From a virus: a stretch of DNA of 64,000 bases. Each line of letters begins with the position of its first letter. Within the stretch, counting starts at the first letter, position 1. A program made the translations under genes and the position numbers. The notes under the pieces were generated by a model. The model was not told where the DNA came from, did not search any database, and was given only the letters and a program-made list of their open reading frames with translations. Positions 9,465 through 24,400 of this stretch are shown one piece after another. The stretch is taken from IMG/VR virus record IMGVR_UViG_3300021960_000043, positions 31,232 to 95,231 of that record. The stretch is one strand, 5' to 3'.

Positions 9465-12400
9465 CACTCATTGGCACTAGTAATCACGCTTTCTTTTTCG
9501 ATGGAATAAGCGATAGTATTGTTGTGCCACAAGGTTACTTTTCTTCTATAGGTAATAAGAACATAGATTCTGAACACGATATTAGAAGTCTTTTGAATGC
9601 AAAAGCAAAAGGTGGAATTGAGTCTGTTACATCAGGTCTTTACAGTAGACACATAGCAATTGAAAGTTGGTTGATGCCTGATTTTGGTGGTGTAGTTGTT
9701 GAGAAAAGAAATCAGTTTTCTCTCAAAGTTGGTGAAGTGCATGAAGCAGCACCTATCGTATTTACAGTTAGTTTGCTAAATAAAGGTAGAGTAGAAGAAC
9801 ATACTATAGAAACAGGTTATCATGATGGTAGTCGCTATGTTGGTGCTATATATCCTAAAACAGAAAGTAGTGGTATATTCAACACTCAACCATCTGATTT
9901 GAATAGAAATCACAGAGAGTTAATCCACGTTGTTGCAACATTTTATGGTAATAAAATAGAGATATATGTCAACGGTATTTTGATGGCACACAAAACGCTA
10001 AACAATCCTGATTACATTTTGAATGTTAGTGAAGAGAATATTTTCATTGGTGGTAAAGGCGGTGAGTTTAGAGGTGTAATCGAAAGTTTACATTTGGCTG
10101 CAAACTTTAGACCGCAGATGATTAATCCTTCAGTTCCGCTTAAAGGTGAAGATACTTTACTTCTTTACCGTTTTGAAGAGCCAATAACCGTTTTTGATGA
10201 TGTTTTCAAACTAACGAGTAGTGCATCTTCAGGTGCTACAACAATAAACATCGGAACAACCGCTGCTGCTAAACTAGCCACGCTTCTCAAAGGTGTGAGT
10301 GTTACAAGCGGCACTATTGACTTCACTCAATCCCCGTTTAGTAGTGGAAATTACAAAGTTATACAAAGCACTTCCTCAGGGATTACAAAACACGATGTCG
10401 CCCATGTACCTTACAATTTACTTCTAAGACCGGGTGGCTACGACTATACAACGAAGAAACCAAATGGTAGTCCACCTGAAAGAGTTAGACTAAAAAGCAT
10501 CAATGTTGATACAGGTGTTTTAACTATAGCGAGTATACATTTAGACTTCAACACAGCCAATAATGGTGCTAGAGGACTTCTTCACGTTCACACCACAGAT
10601 AGCAGATTGGTTGTTGTGGGTGCTGATTTACTGATAGATTCGGGTACAGGTAAACCGTATCAACCACCACATTATTCTTCTAGAGCAATAGATAGAACAG
10701 GTCAAATGGTGATAGATGAAAGCACATACGAACAACATGGGTTTGTGTATTCTTCTAGAATGGCTCTTTCAACAACAGATACAGACAATCCATATGCAGC
10801 AACTTGGCCTACTACTATTTCTACAGACTTTAGCATAGGTCATTCAGGTAGACACATCAATAATCATGTTGAAGGTCATCATTATCTTAGAAAGTTTCCT
10901 AAGGCCAATGAAGAGATATTAGATTCTCAAAGTGACGGTAGTGCTGATTTAATAAGTGCAATTTACGATGTGCCTTTAGATGGTATGAAAGAGCAACTGA
11001 GCATTAATAGCAAAGTAGACTTATACAAAGAAATAGGTGATTACACTGTTATTGATTTTGTAAACTCATCTACTGTCAGTAGTATATACAGCAACTATGA
11101 ACTTACTAGTAGCCCCGGCTCAGGAGTACAAGAAATAATTGCTATAGGTGGTAGCGGGTTTAATTACACACCTTTCCTTCTCAAATCTCCTGTTATATCT
11201 CCAACTGCGACACCAAATGAAAACACTAGGTCGCATCATCTAAGACCTAGTAAAGAAAGCAGAGTAGCGTTGTTACATGTTCCGGTATTAGCATCTACTT
11301 ACAATTTAGCACCTTATGTGCAAATACATTACAATGCTATAGATTTGACAGGTGCTTCAATGAATAGTAGCAATAGTAGTGTACCTTTATTGATGGTTGA
11401 AAAAATGATACCTTCAGGCACTACTGTAATTGCTGAAGGTGTTTTTCTTTTTGAGACTATAAAAACAGCATTGAACTCAGGTGATTTGACTCTATACGCA
11501 CCGGGTGGTTGTATATTATTAGACAGCGGAGAAAACGCCAATGCAAGAGATTTACTAGAAGTTCATGCACTATCATCAGACAGTAGTGAAGGATATGATG
11601 CCGACACACTTCTTGATGAATCCAACACACCACCTAATCTAACTCCTTATGTCGGTGATACTCTTGTTAACACACCGCCTTCTATTATTACAGATTCAAC
11701 AAGTAAAACAACACAACATGATTCTTCATTCCATAGAATGATGTTTGAAACTGTTAAATCTACAAAAAGTCTAGGAGATTATTCAGATTACAAAACTATG
11801 GATGTGGTTGCTACAAACAGTTCCGCAGAACCTGACACCATAGTTACATCATCCTCATCCCCTGTGTTTGAGTCTTTTGATATTATAGATAACGTAAGTA
11901 TTGCTGACACACACGCAGACACAATGCTAATTGTGCAACCTTCACAACGCTCTAGGTTTTATCAATTAAAGAATGTAAAAAGCCAAAGAAACACCCTTGA
12001 CAACCCAAATATAATTAGTTTGCATTATCTTCTAAGTAGAGGTAGGTTGAGAAGTGTAGATGAAACAAAAGAAGATGAAGGTGCATCTTATACAACAATA
12101 CAAGCAATAGGATTACAAAACTCACTTTCGGGCAGAAATGTATCTTTCACAGGTTCAGGTAGTAACGATTCACACATTGTCAAAGAAATAGAACCTAACG
12201 CGCCTGTTGTTAGTGTAACTTTAGGTGGTGTGGGGCAAGGTGCTGTTGATACTAAACCGACATTCTTAGAGAGTGAGTTCAGTCGAGAACCATATTCAAC
12301 AAGAAGAGATTATGTTGTTACAGCAATAAAGTATGATGCAACCAACAAGAGAATATACGTTAACCCGATAAACAACAATTCTGCAAATATGAAAAGTTGG

Positions 12401-15400
12401 GGTACGTTTGGATTCCCAAAAGCAGGTAAGATATATTTTGAAGATGGTTCTCATGCCAAGTATGATTTTAAAGCGTCAACTTATTTTGAGTTTTCAACTG
12501 CTACAGCAGGTAGTAGTGACTTTGTTAGCGGTGGTAGAGAGTACACTGAAATCTATCAATTGTTACAAAGTAGAAATCTACTTTCAGGTGTAACGTCATC
12601 AACAACAGGAGATTTGAGCATTACCGCTGTTATATCTAGTGAGCCTGATTTTGGTGTTGAATCTCAAATAGAAGATGGAACAACTGTGAATGATAGAATG
12701 TTCCACAGTTTAAACGATGTATCACAAGATTACCAACTAGGTACTCAATATGCTTCTACTAGGGCTTTGGTGGAGATACCATTCTTCGCTAATCAATTCT
12801 TTGATAATGAGAGCGTAGGCACTTTAGTAGATGGTGATAACTCTTTCAAAATACATCTTGATGCTACTAACACAGCACACACGTATAATCCAAGTCCTGT
12901 AGGTAGAAGGCCAAAAAGTGTAGAACAAACAGATAGAGAGGCACTATCGGCTTATGCACACGCTATAGAGAACAACACTTACATTTCTTCTGCTAAGGTT
13001 CTTTCATACGATGGTACAATAACCATCACTGTTGATGATGCTAATATATTCCCTGATGCTAACTCTTCTGATATTGGTACTGATTTTAGAAATATAGGTG
13101 GTAACGGACAAGTTCTAAGGAATAGAAGGGCTTTTACTAAAACAGGAGAGTGGGTAGTTTATACCGATGTTGATTACAGTGCTAACACCCTTACTGTTAC
13201 AGACGGTGATTATTTCTCTTCTGTTAATTTCTTCAATGAGTTAGAAAACAATGAAGGCGATTTACGCCTTTATGTTGGACAAACATTACCAACAGAATTG
13301 ATAGAACCAATAGGTTCTGATAAGAGTACACCTTCGGCAGACTTTGAGAGCCGTTCTGAATATTATCACGACCAAGCAAGTATGATGACTCAGGGTGGAA
13401 ATGTTGATTATGGTTTGAGGCAATATGTCAGCGCAATCGAAATCAAAGCAGGGCCGGAAAGTAACCCACACGCAGAAAAAGTTACAACAAAAAGGGCTAA
13501 AGGGGATATTCAATCAATTCGTTCTTTTGGTGCGTCAGACGTTAATACGGTTGTTGTCTCACTTTCTCCTGATGATTTACTTCTTTTTCCTAGTTTGGGA
13601 AATCGTTCAATAGATGATTTTACTCTTGGTACAGGAGAATTGTTTTACGAAGCCACAATAGATTACAACGGTACTGATTACAAGTTTCATTACTACGGCC
13701 ATCTTGAAGAAATAAACAACTATGATAACACAGGTGCTGCTGCTGTGTCATCTGATATAGCAAAAAATAGCATAGTGTTGGTATACTATACTTCGGGTAC
13801 ATATCCTACGGCTACTCCAACGGCAACAAGTGGTCTTGATTGGGTTGATTTTATCGGTAGTGAAGTTAAATTAACAGGTAGGAAAAGAAGAGTATTCTTT
13901 GATGAATATGTGAATAATGCAACAGGAAGTGTGTTACAATTTGAAAATGAAAAGAATCCGTTGTATTCTGAATTAATAGCGAATACTAAGTTTAGTTCAG
14001 GGCTTGTGTGGGCTAGTACAAGTTCAAAAACAATAACCGTAACTAATACTACTACTTCAAAATCTTTGAATGATTATTTTGACATGAACTTCAAAGAAGG
14101 AGATTTATTGTTTTTCAAATATTCAGGTAGTATTAGTAGCGTAAACAAAGATGAAATTGGTTATTTAGGTGTTGTGGATTATGTTACAGGTGGTACAAGT
14201 ATAACTCTCAAAGCAAATGTACCTGCTTGGATGAGAGAAGAAACGACAGCACAAATAGGCGTTGCTGTAAATGATTTCAATGATTTTGATGCTGTTCTTA
14301 ATTCTAGTTGGTTGCACCCTTATTGTAATGGTGGACTACGACAAGGAGATACTGTATGGGCTAATATGTCATATAGCAATCCTCATGCTATGGAAGGTTT
14401 GTTTTCAAAGAGTAGAGGTATACATAATGAAGGTCTTGTATGGAAAGGTTTCAATGGTGGTGAGGGTAGTTTAGATGCTACAAACCCAAGAGACAGTATA
14501 CCGATGGAGAACTTCTTGATTGGTGATACATGTATAGAAACAGCAAGAAACCTAGCACAACACATCAATAAGACTGTTGAAGAGAATTACAAATCTTTAG
14601 GGTTAAATGATGTAATAACAGCAGATTCATTTATCGTAGGGAAAAAATACAAAATAGTTTCTACAGGTGATACAACATTTACATCTATAGGGGCTATAGA
14701 TAATGAAGTGAATACTACATTCACAGCAACAGGTGTTGGTAGCGGGACAGGTACAGCAACACAACTTGATGCACCAACAGTAGCATTCGTAGACCCGTAT
14801 CTAGCAGGTGAGAATCATGCTAGAGTTCTGTTATACGATGCTGAACACGATAGAGAATACATCGCTTTCCAAGACATACACATGCAAGTGCAATCATCTG
14901 CTGAGACAACTAAGATTGGTTGGGATAGAAATGTGGTTGAAGGTACAAACACATCATCTACTGATTTAGTAAAAAGACTACCTGAGATAAACGGTGCTGC
15001 TGCACATGGTTATACAACACAAATAGACGTTGCTAACGGCTATCCATCACAAAACAAGTTCATTCGCTCAACTCAACAATCTAAGTTTATTGAGAGTGCA
15101 TATGCACACGACTTAGCCAATAAGCAAACTGATGATTTAATTTACAGCACTTTGTATGATGACACAGTTAGACAAAATAACTTTTCAAGGTTATATGGTA
15201 AAGCACACGGACACCATGTACATGTCGGTTTGAGTATAACAGGTAATGCAGACGGGTATGCTTATTCATTCAGTACACCACTTCGTAACAATGAATCTGT
15301 AGCATCATGGAAAATAGCAAACTCTTACCATGTGCTAAATAGAAAATTGACAAATGGTTTCATAGATGGTTTGTCTAAAAACATTTCAGATTCATTAAGA

Positions 15401-18400
15401 GATAGAGGCACATTCTTTGATACCCCTGATGGTACAAGAGTCATTCCAGCATTTTTGTGTTTGAAGGGCATAAGAGCAGAATCTCTTGATTTAAGTGATG
15501 CTAGGATGAAACTCTTACCTCAATGGACACAGATGGACTTTGTAAGAAGATTAACAATATCTACAGGAGAGGTTGCTGAAAGTGAAAGTGTAGTTGATGT
15601 TGAAAGTGCTGTCAATGAAATTGTTAGAAAAATAAACCAATACGGTGCATTACAGGCTAGATTGTCTAATGGTGCGTCTGCACACGACCCTTCTCCGTTT
15701 TGGGATTCAGATAAGGCATTTGCTAATCAAGATAGAGGTTCTCACATGGGCTATCTTAGAGCGCATATTGGTAGAAGCGTAGAGGATAGACAAGGAAATC
15801 AAGGACATACTATAGTAATACACAGTACAGTACCGGGCGCTACGGGTAGAAACTTTTGCGTTTGGTTAGATAACAGTACGTCACAGACATCTTACAACCC
15901 TCAATTCTTAGTAGGACATGGAGGTAGATGGCGTAACTTTTGGGCTTTACCTGAAGAGAAGCAAGGTGAAAATATGCACCCTGCCCCTATGCCTCTTGAC
16001 AAAAATGGTAGACCGTTTGCACCGATTACCACATTAAGACAATACATACAATCAGATGAAAGTGGTGAAGATGTATTATCAGTTGCTGATTTTGGTGCTT
16101 CCAAAAATACAGACCTTTTGGCTCTCAGCGATGTGTTAAGTGGAAAAAATCACAATTCTGTAAACCCTGACTCTTTTGATTTAGAAGCATCTGCTACCAT
16201 TGTTGAAGGGTTGAAAACAGGAACAGCAGCAATTGGTAGAGTAAACTTTGGTGGTCTTGTTGCAACAGGTGTACCGGGTTTTTCACCTAAAGCCGGACTT
16301 TACGGATTTGGGAAAAGAGGCGATACAACATTTGCTAATAGATATGGTGTGAGTGATATTGCGGATAATGATTACACTTCACACATATCAACATCCTCAT
16401 TAGATGAAGAAAATATAGGCTCACAAAACATATATGGTTTACAATTAAAAGACCATAAAAACAATACATACGGTGTTAGATATATCTATAGTAAATTAGG
16501 TAGAAGTTTTTCAAATGAAAATACTATTTTACCTGATACTTTCCGAGATGAAGTACAAGTGTATTTTGATGATTCAAGTAATGAAGAAGGTGGGTTTACC
16601 ATTGGAAAACATATGCGTGGCACAGGAGATGCAACAGGTAGGTTGTCTAGTTCTCTTACAGCATCTGATTGGAGAGGGAATAGATGGAATGCTGTGCCTT
16701 CTCCAAATCTAGGTGTTAAACTAAGTTTTGTTGTTTCGGGAAATAATGTAACAGTAGACGATGGTAACGGTTCGGGTACAGGGTATATAACACCATACAC
16801 AAGTTCAGATTTCACACATCCTGATAAATTAGGTTACTTAGGATTTCCAAAAGAAAACGGTGTCTTTCAAACAACTAAAGTGGCATCAGGTTCAACAGAA
16901 GGTGATGTTACTAGTTACGAATATAGAATTGGTGATACTTTTTACAATTGCACTAATGCACCAGCAACAGGTGATTATATTGTATCTCCGACTATGAATT
17001 GGACTACATTAGTTACAGATGAATTATTGGCTGCTGTCACAGCATTTGCAATTAACTCATCGTTTAATTCTAATAATGATGTTATAGATTATATTCCGTT
17101 TGATTGCACATCAATGTATGCTGCTGATGGTAGAACATTTGGTGAACACGGTGTTAGGCGTGATGCCATTCGTATAAAATCATCAAAACAAATATCCAAG
17201 ATGTTTTCAGCATCTACACACAAAGACTTCGGTATACAAGCAGCACATCTAGAGTTTGGTGAAGTAAGAAAAGCAGAAGTAGACACAGATGGTAATTGGA
17301 CTTTTGGCACATCTAGAGCGCCTAGTAATACACAAGTGGACACAGGTAGAAGTGTTGATTGTGGTTATATTCCAAGTACAATTCTAAGAGTTAAAACTAA
17401 GTTTTGTGGGCCTAATTCCAACACTGTTACACCGATTATAGTTGGTAGTGATAACAAACCAATAAACACATCTCGGTGGAAAAAGAATCTATCAGGTGAA
17501 GATTATGTTGATGTATCAGGTGATAAGATATTACCAAAAATAGACAATCCTATAGTTAGAACTGATGTTTCACAAAGTAGTCATTGGAATCACCAACACG
17601 TAATTTTAACTAATGACATGTATCATTTCCTCAAACCTGCTACCGATTACACATCAAGCGATAGTAGTGCTAGTCATATACAACCATTTGGTGAAAGAAA
17701 GAATATATACATAAACAAAGATACCTATGTTACAGCAGAGGCTTTTGTAGGGGATAATACCACACATACACTAAACAACACAATACGATGGACAGCAAAT
17801 AGTGAAATCAATTGGCCTTCTTCTGTTGTAGACGCATTCTTACATTTACACCTATCTCAAGAGTTTGATGGTATACGCTCACTTGGTAGTGTGCTATCTG
17901 AACCTATAGTACATTTCAAAGGTGGAAAATCAAGCCCCGACCATAGCGTACCGTTATTCTTCGGTGGTGGTTTTAGTGGGGTTGTGTTGGATGTTAACGA
18001 TGGTTCAATGAATGACTATTCAGACTTCTATACACATCCTTACTCAAATGGGCCAACAGGAACTGCGGGTATACAGAATGCAAATGAAATATCTACAAGT
18101 TTTGCCATGTTAGATTGTAATGCTATCTTCTCTTTCTTCCCCGGTGCTGCGTTATGTAACCAACATCGAGGTAGTCCGTTACCACCTGTGTTCAACAAAC
18201 AAAACGTGTTGTCAACAGATTTGGATAGAGGCGGTACTCTATGTGATACTAATGGTGTTGTAAAAGCCAAACCTGTACCGTTGGTCTTGAGATTCCCACA
18301 CCCAACAGCCCGTTATGAGGATTACAAAAACGATGTAGATAACAAAACAACATACTTGGTGTTTGGGCCGGGTCAAGCATTCCCTTTCCATAATGAAAGA

Positions 18401-21400
18401 ACTACATCTAATGGTGAGACTACTAACCCTACAGAACCACATCCGGGTAGAGTTGTAACAACAGGTAATGGTTGGAACAAAGTACCATACTATGATGACC
18501 GATTTCACAATCAAATAAACAACAAAGATACAGGTAATTCTTGGAAAGCATATAGACCGAGATTGAAATCAAATTATCTTGCAGAAGCGATGTATCATTG
18601 GCGTTGTGTTATCAATTGGGAATCACCTGCTGGTTACTCTCTAGGTAGAACCCATAGACAATACCCCTCACATGGAAGAAACTACGGACAGATGATTGAT
18701 GTAGACACCACTTATGATAACCGCACACAACCACTAGGCTACACACCTTTCATTGGTTACGGTATAGCAACAGCCGCAGATACTGTGTTTCACATGGATG
18801 GTGGTTTCCATCCCGGCGGTCATTGGATGGATGAGATAATTACCTTCAACCCACCAAAACAAACAACAGAAAAAATCAGCGTTTCAGGATATAGTGAGAT
18901 TAACCCAACAGCATTCAGAGTAGGTGCTGCTATGGTGACTGCTTACATAGATTGGACACAAACAACAAACCTAGCAACAACCGATGTAGATACTGAATAC
19001 ATTGTTGTGGATGGAACAAGATGTCAGAACGGTGAAGAGTTAGCATCCGTTATCAGTTCGGCAATCAATTCATTCCCCGGCAAAGGTGCGTTGAAATCTA
19101 TAGGTGGCACACACCATCCTTCAATGGGTACGTCAAACAGACAAGACCGTTACGGTTGGGTTGATGTTGCTAATCCCAACTTTACAGATTCTACTTGTGA
19201 TACTACTAGTGGAGATGCTACTGTAACTATGGATAGCACTGCTGAATTATTTGTTAGTATGTCTGTGTCCGGCACAGGTATTCCTAGTGGTGCGACAATA
19301 TCTAGTATAACTAACTCTACCACTTTTGAATTAAGTGCAAACGCTACTGCTTCTAACACCAACACTACTTTAGTATTCGGTACAGTAAACTCATCAATTA
19401 CAACAATGGGAGATATGTGGATTGAGAGTGCAGAAACAACAGACCAAGACATGTTGAATAATTTACCTGCATCGGGTTGGTTAAGAGCAAGTACCACAAC
19501 AAGTCCAGCATACGCTTGTTATTACATGAAGCAAGTAATACCCGGTAGTGGTAGTAACTTCAAGGCTAGATTCTACTTTGCCCCAAATCAATTTAGAGGC
19601 TCGGTAAGTTCAACAGCAGATAAGAAAACATTGAGAGGCTTCTTCCATGATAACGGTGCGGTAACACCTGCTACTGATGATAAATTATGGGTGTGGTCTA
19701 AGACAGGTGTTATTCGTTTCAACAATGAGAATGCAAGCACACGCGACCACATGACACAGGTTCATTTCTCAGGTATAGTAGATGCTATTGATAGAACCAA
19801 ACCAATAGGTGCTGTTGGTTGGCATGGTGAAAGATATTCATATCTCAACAGTTTGAAAGTAGGTACAGAAGGTTATGCTGCTGGTTTAGGTGCATACCAT
19901 CCATTCCTCAATTTTACACCATATGGTACTGCTTCAACTGTAATGAACGTGTATGGTTCTTTACCACTAATAGCACCACTTACTGATTCTCCTGAAAGCG
20001 GTGCGATTATCAATGACGGTGAAACTACAGTCGCCACAAGAAAGTCTTACATTAGCACACCTTACACAAGTAACACGTTTACAACTGCTGCTGCTAGTTT
20101 AAGAAATTACGATTATACAGACCCAAAAAACACAACACAAAGGTCGGTAAAACCACCAAACTATGTGTTTAGTTACGCTAATACAGATACTAATAGTGTG
20201 ATGGAAGATTCGTTACATCACCCACAAGGGGTATACTCATCTGCATTTTTAGTGGTGTCATATGAAAGCGAATTGTCAATGGTAGCAAAACACGATAGAG
20301 ATGGTGTGGATGCTTTTGGTGATTGGTTGTACGCAAAACATGGCACTAGTGCAGACATATCAGATGGTGGCACTACCAAGTGGGATGAGAGATTTCACGG
20401 ACAAGACCGTTTCATAGCACCTGCAAATGCAGGGCCAAACGTAGAGGCTTTGATAGTAGATGGAACACAAGTACCACAAGGTACAGTAGGTTCTAATTGG
20501 ATTGATTCATTATTCCCACCTGCTAGTGGTGATTTCGTACATCTACATTCTGCTGTTTCTAATGACCTTTCGTTACACAATGCAGTACCCGGATTCAAAG
20601 CAACAGGAGATTTGTTGTATGACTTAGACCACTCTGTGGGGTCTTTCAATTTACAAGCAAGTGGTGTTGAAAGAAATGTATCAGAAGATTATCATTCTTC
20701 AACTTACACTTCATTGTTACATGGAGATGCAAATAAGTTTTGGATGTCTGATATAAACGGTTATCAAACTTACAAAAATAGTCCTGTTAAAAACTTCACA
20801 GTAGAGAATGTTGTGTGGAAGAGAATGGATGGTGGCAACCTCTCATTACCCGCAATCAACGCTAGAGGTATGGGTGCTGTACCTTTCGTTACAAGAGTCA
20901 AAAATAACACAGCATATCTAACAGGTGAAAAGATATATGGTAACGTGAGGTTTAGTTTTGAAACAACCAATTCTGTTATGATGCCTACAATAGAAGCACA
21001 GGAACTAAAACAACCCGGTTTACCAAATTACAAAGTAAACAACGTGCTACAGATACCAAATGAAGAAATACAATTCCAAGAGATAACAGTAGTTGATGAT
21101 AGTGGTAAGGAACACACCATAGAAGGCGGTAGTCCGTTTGGTACTGTGATTAGATGCTTTGATGTCAAGAGAGGTAAACCATCTCTTGCTAACAGCGGTG
21201 AAGCGCCCAACCTAGCAGTTAGACTACCTAATCCTGATAGCATACCCGGTAACATTGTTGTGCGTTCAGGATTTGACCCTATACAAGCCTATCAGAATGA
21301 GACACTCGGTGCAGGTGGTATGCAACATCCCGGCAAAGGCTCAACACGCTTAGGAGAGTTATTTGAGAGGACAACGCAACATAACCCAGTAAATCACCCA

Positions 21401-24400
21401 TTGTATGAAGAATACGGTTGGGAACACTTTGATGAAGAATCAGGTGAGAGTAAGATTGGTGGTTTCAACACCAACAGTTTAGATTCTGCTTACGAACTAC
21501 ATGACAGGATGCTTTTATTCCATGTGTGTAAAGTCGGTGTTGGACACACTCATCGTTACCCAACTGCTTATGCACACGCTGTTACAAATACTGTGGGTGG
21601 TGGTGTTGTTAATCAGGCTCTAACTGTATCTTCTTTCTCTAGCGGTACGTTAACAGCGAGTGCTACAATAGATACAACAATTTTTGCTGCTGACTTCGGC
21701 ACTAAAGAAGAAGATGATAACAGGCGTTACATTAGAGTATACAACGCTAGTGGTGAAAGCGGTCTAGCATCCTACACAGGTGTTAGTGGAACTACGTTTA
21801 CAACAGTCAAAGGGGATGCAAACTTCGTATCACTTGTAGCGAAAACCGACACACTAACGATAGTGCCATCCTATCCTATTCCAGCGGGCTCTGCTAGATT
21901 CTATGCAGCAAACAGATTACGCGACCACGCAGAAGTGAGTGGTAACTCTCCTGATATGGCACACACAAAATACGTTGACGGTAGTGAAACGCCATATCAA
22001 AGATACTCAAAACCAATAATGACACCTATGGCTTATCCTAGAATGGGGCATCACTATGTCAATGCAACACAACCTATGCTACCCGGTCATTGGGCGCACC
22101 CTGCATATCAATCACTTTACAAGAAACACAGGTTTGAACAATCGGTAAACATTGGAAGAAAAGACAGTAAGACAATGAAAGACGCTGTTGTTGCATCATC
22201 TGAAGAAGTACCTGTAAAGGCTGATTTATCAATAGGAGACAGCCTTAACCCTGTGGAAGCAGAAGTTGTGTTTGGCTCTCTAAACGCTGCACCGAGTCCA
22301 CCATCCGATTTACATGGCGGTGCGTTCACACTAATGTTTGAAACATCTGTGAAGTGGGATGGTTACGGTGTGTTAGCAAGTTTGGGTAATGCTGGTGTTA
22401 TCAATAAAGCAGGTGGACATAGGATTGTGTTGGCCGCCGCTGCTAACTATACACTAGCAAATCATTTCCCTGACCCATCGGAAGTCGGTGCTTACCAAAT
22501 AGTCATACAACCAAACATGTTTAGGGGGCAATTCGGCGGCGTTATAGAAAGTGAGAGTTATGCATTTACAGGTCAACAAGTAAACACAGTAATTGGTATT
22601 AAAAAATACGATAGTGAGTTTGGTGGTTTAGTGTTAATACTAGCAAAAGCGACACAATTTGATTGTAGAGGTTGTGAAGTATTCGTAAATGAGTTGATGT
22701 TAGACGTATCTCCTGATTTTGGTAGTCAATTTACAAAAATACCACCTCTATTACTTTACAATTCATATGGTGTTAACTTAAATGAAACCCCATCGTTCAC
22801 TAGAAGGAACTTCCCATACTCCCCAATGATGGTGAAGTCAACACCTTCACACACACTTAACGTGCCGTGGTGGTCTATATTGTTTGGAAAGATAGATAGT
22901 AGCACAGAATTAATTACAGATAATTCAAATTACATGGGATTGTCTCAATATGCACCTCATAATTATGAAGTGTTTGCAAAAAGTACCTATGGAAGTGTCG
23001 GACATATATTAGGAATGCAAGGGCATAATACAAAATACCCAAATATATATTCAAGTATATTAGAAAATACATCTCCAATTGCAAAAAGTATAGTAGCAAC
23101 TAAGACAAGTAATGGTGAGTTTACTGTAAATGATGGTAGTGGATTTCCCGCTAATCCTCAATTTGGACAAGAAATATACTATACAGCAGCAAATGGTAGG
23201 GTTTATTCTACTACATATACCCGCACAGGGTATGCAACAGACGGTATTAATTTAAGAAATACCTTTAATGTAACTAATAGTAGTCAATTTTATTCTAATT
23301 TAACTACAGGTGTTACAATATATCTAAGTACAAATTATAATTCATATACTTCTAAGCAATATAGTAATGATAAAACTATATCTAATTATGCAAAAACAAT
23401 TAGTACATTATCTTCAGGTAGTAGAGATACAAATACATTACACCCGCCTGATGCATTCTTATGTTTATGGAGTCATAATTTAGGTAGACCTATGACATAT
23501 TTCTCAGATACTAGAAGTGCTTGGGATAGTCAACCATCAGTTCAAGCAAGATACAACGCTGTGCCTGAGCATTATGAAACAATACATTATCATTCTGCTA
23601 ATTATCAAATGAGTTTTGGCCCATTTAGTTTTATGATGAAAGCACAAAAAGCATCTAATGGTGATGGAACGGTCAATACCATAGATAACGACCTTAATAC
23701 TTATGATATATCATCAGGTATTTATGGCGCTACTCTATATGGTGGTTATTGGCCTTGTGGTAGTAGAGGTGGCCCACAAGTTAGTTGTTTGGATAGTTAT
23801 ACACAAAGCAGCGTTTCTTGGGCGTTACCGGGTTTTGCATCTAATGTGACAATGAATTGGGAAGATGAAGGTTGGAATAGTCTTAACAACATATACACAA
23901 GAACAACAGGTCTTACCACAAGAATTAGTAATGATACAGTTAGAAGAAACTTCGGCTATAGAGTTGGATTAAAACAAGCATACAACCGCCCTGCTTGGGG
24001 CATTATACCTGCTCGCGGCGCTTTAGAAAAAACCGCCACAGGTTCTGCATACAACACTACTAGTTACGATTCAGGGCCGATAGTGCAAATAGAAACACAT
24101 GGTAATCTTTCATCCAAATATAATGGGATTTTAGGCCGTTTAAGCAACTTTACAGGTATGTTAAACTCAGATGTGCAAGGTGAACAAGTGCGTTACGCAC
24201 AAGGCACAAGGATGACTAGACCGTTTGGTGTGCCTGTAAGAACACTATCTAACAAGAGTACAGTTGAAAGAGATTGGTGGGGTGATGTAGAAGGTTTGGA
24301 AATCACAGATTTGGCGTTAGCATCCAAACATTACCTAGTAGATTGGTGGGGTAACGATAGGGGTGAAGATGTGAGAAAATCACCTGTGCGTGGATTCGGT

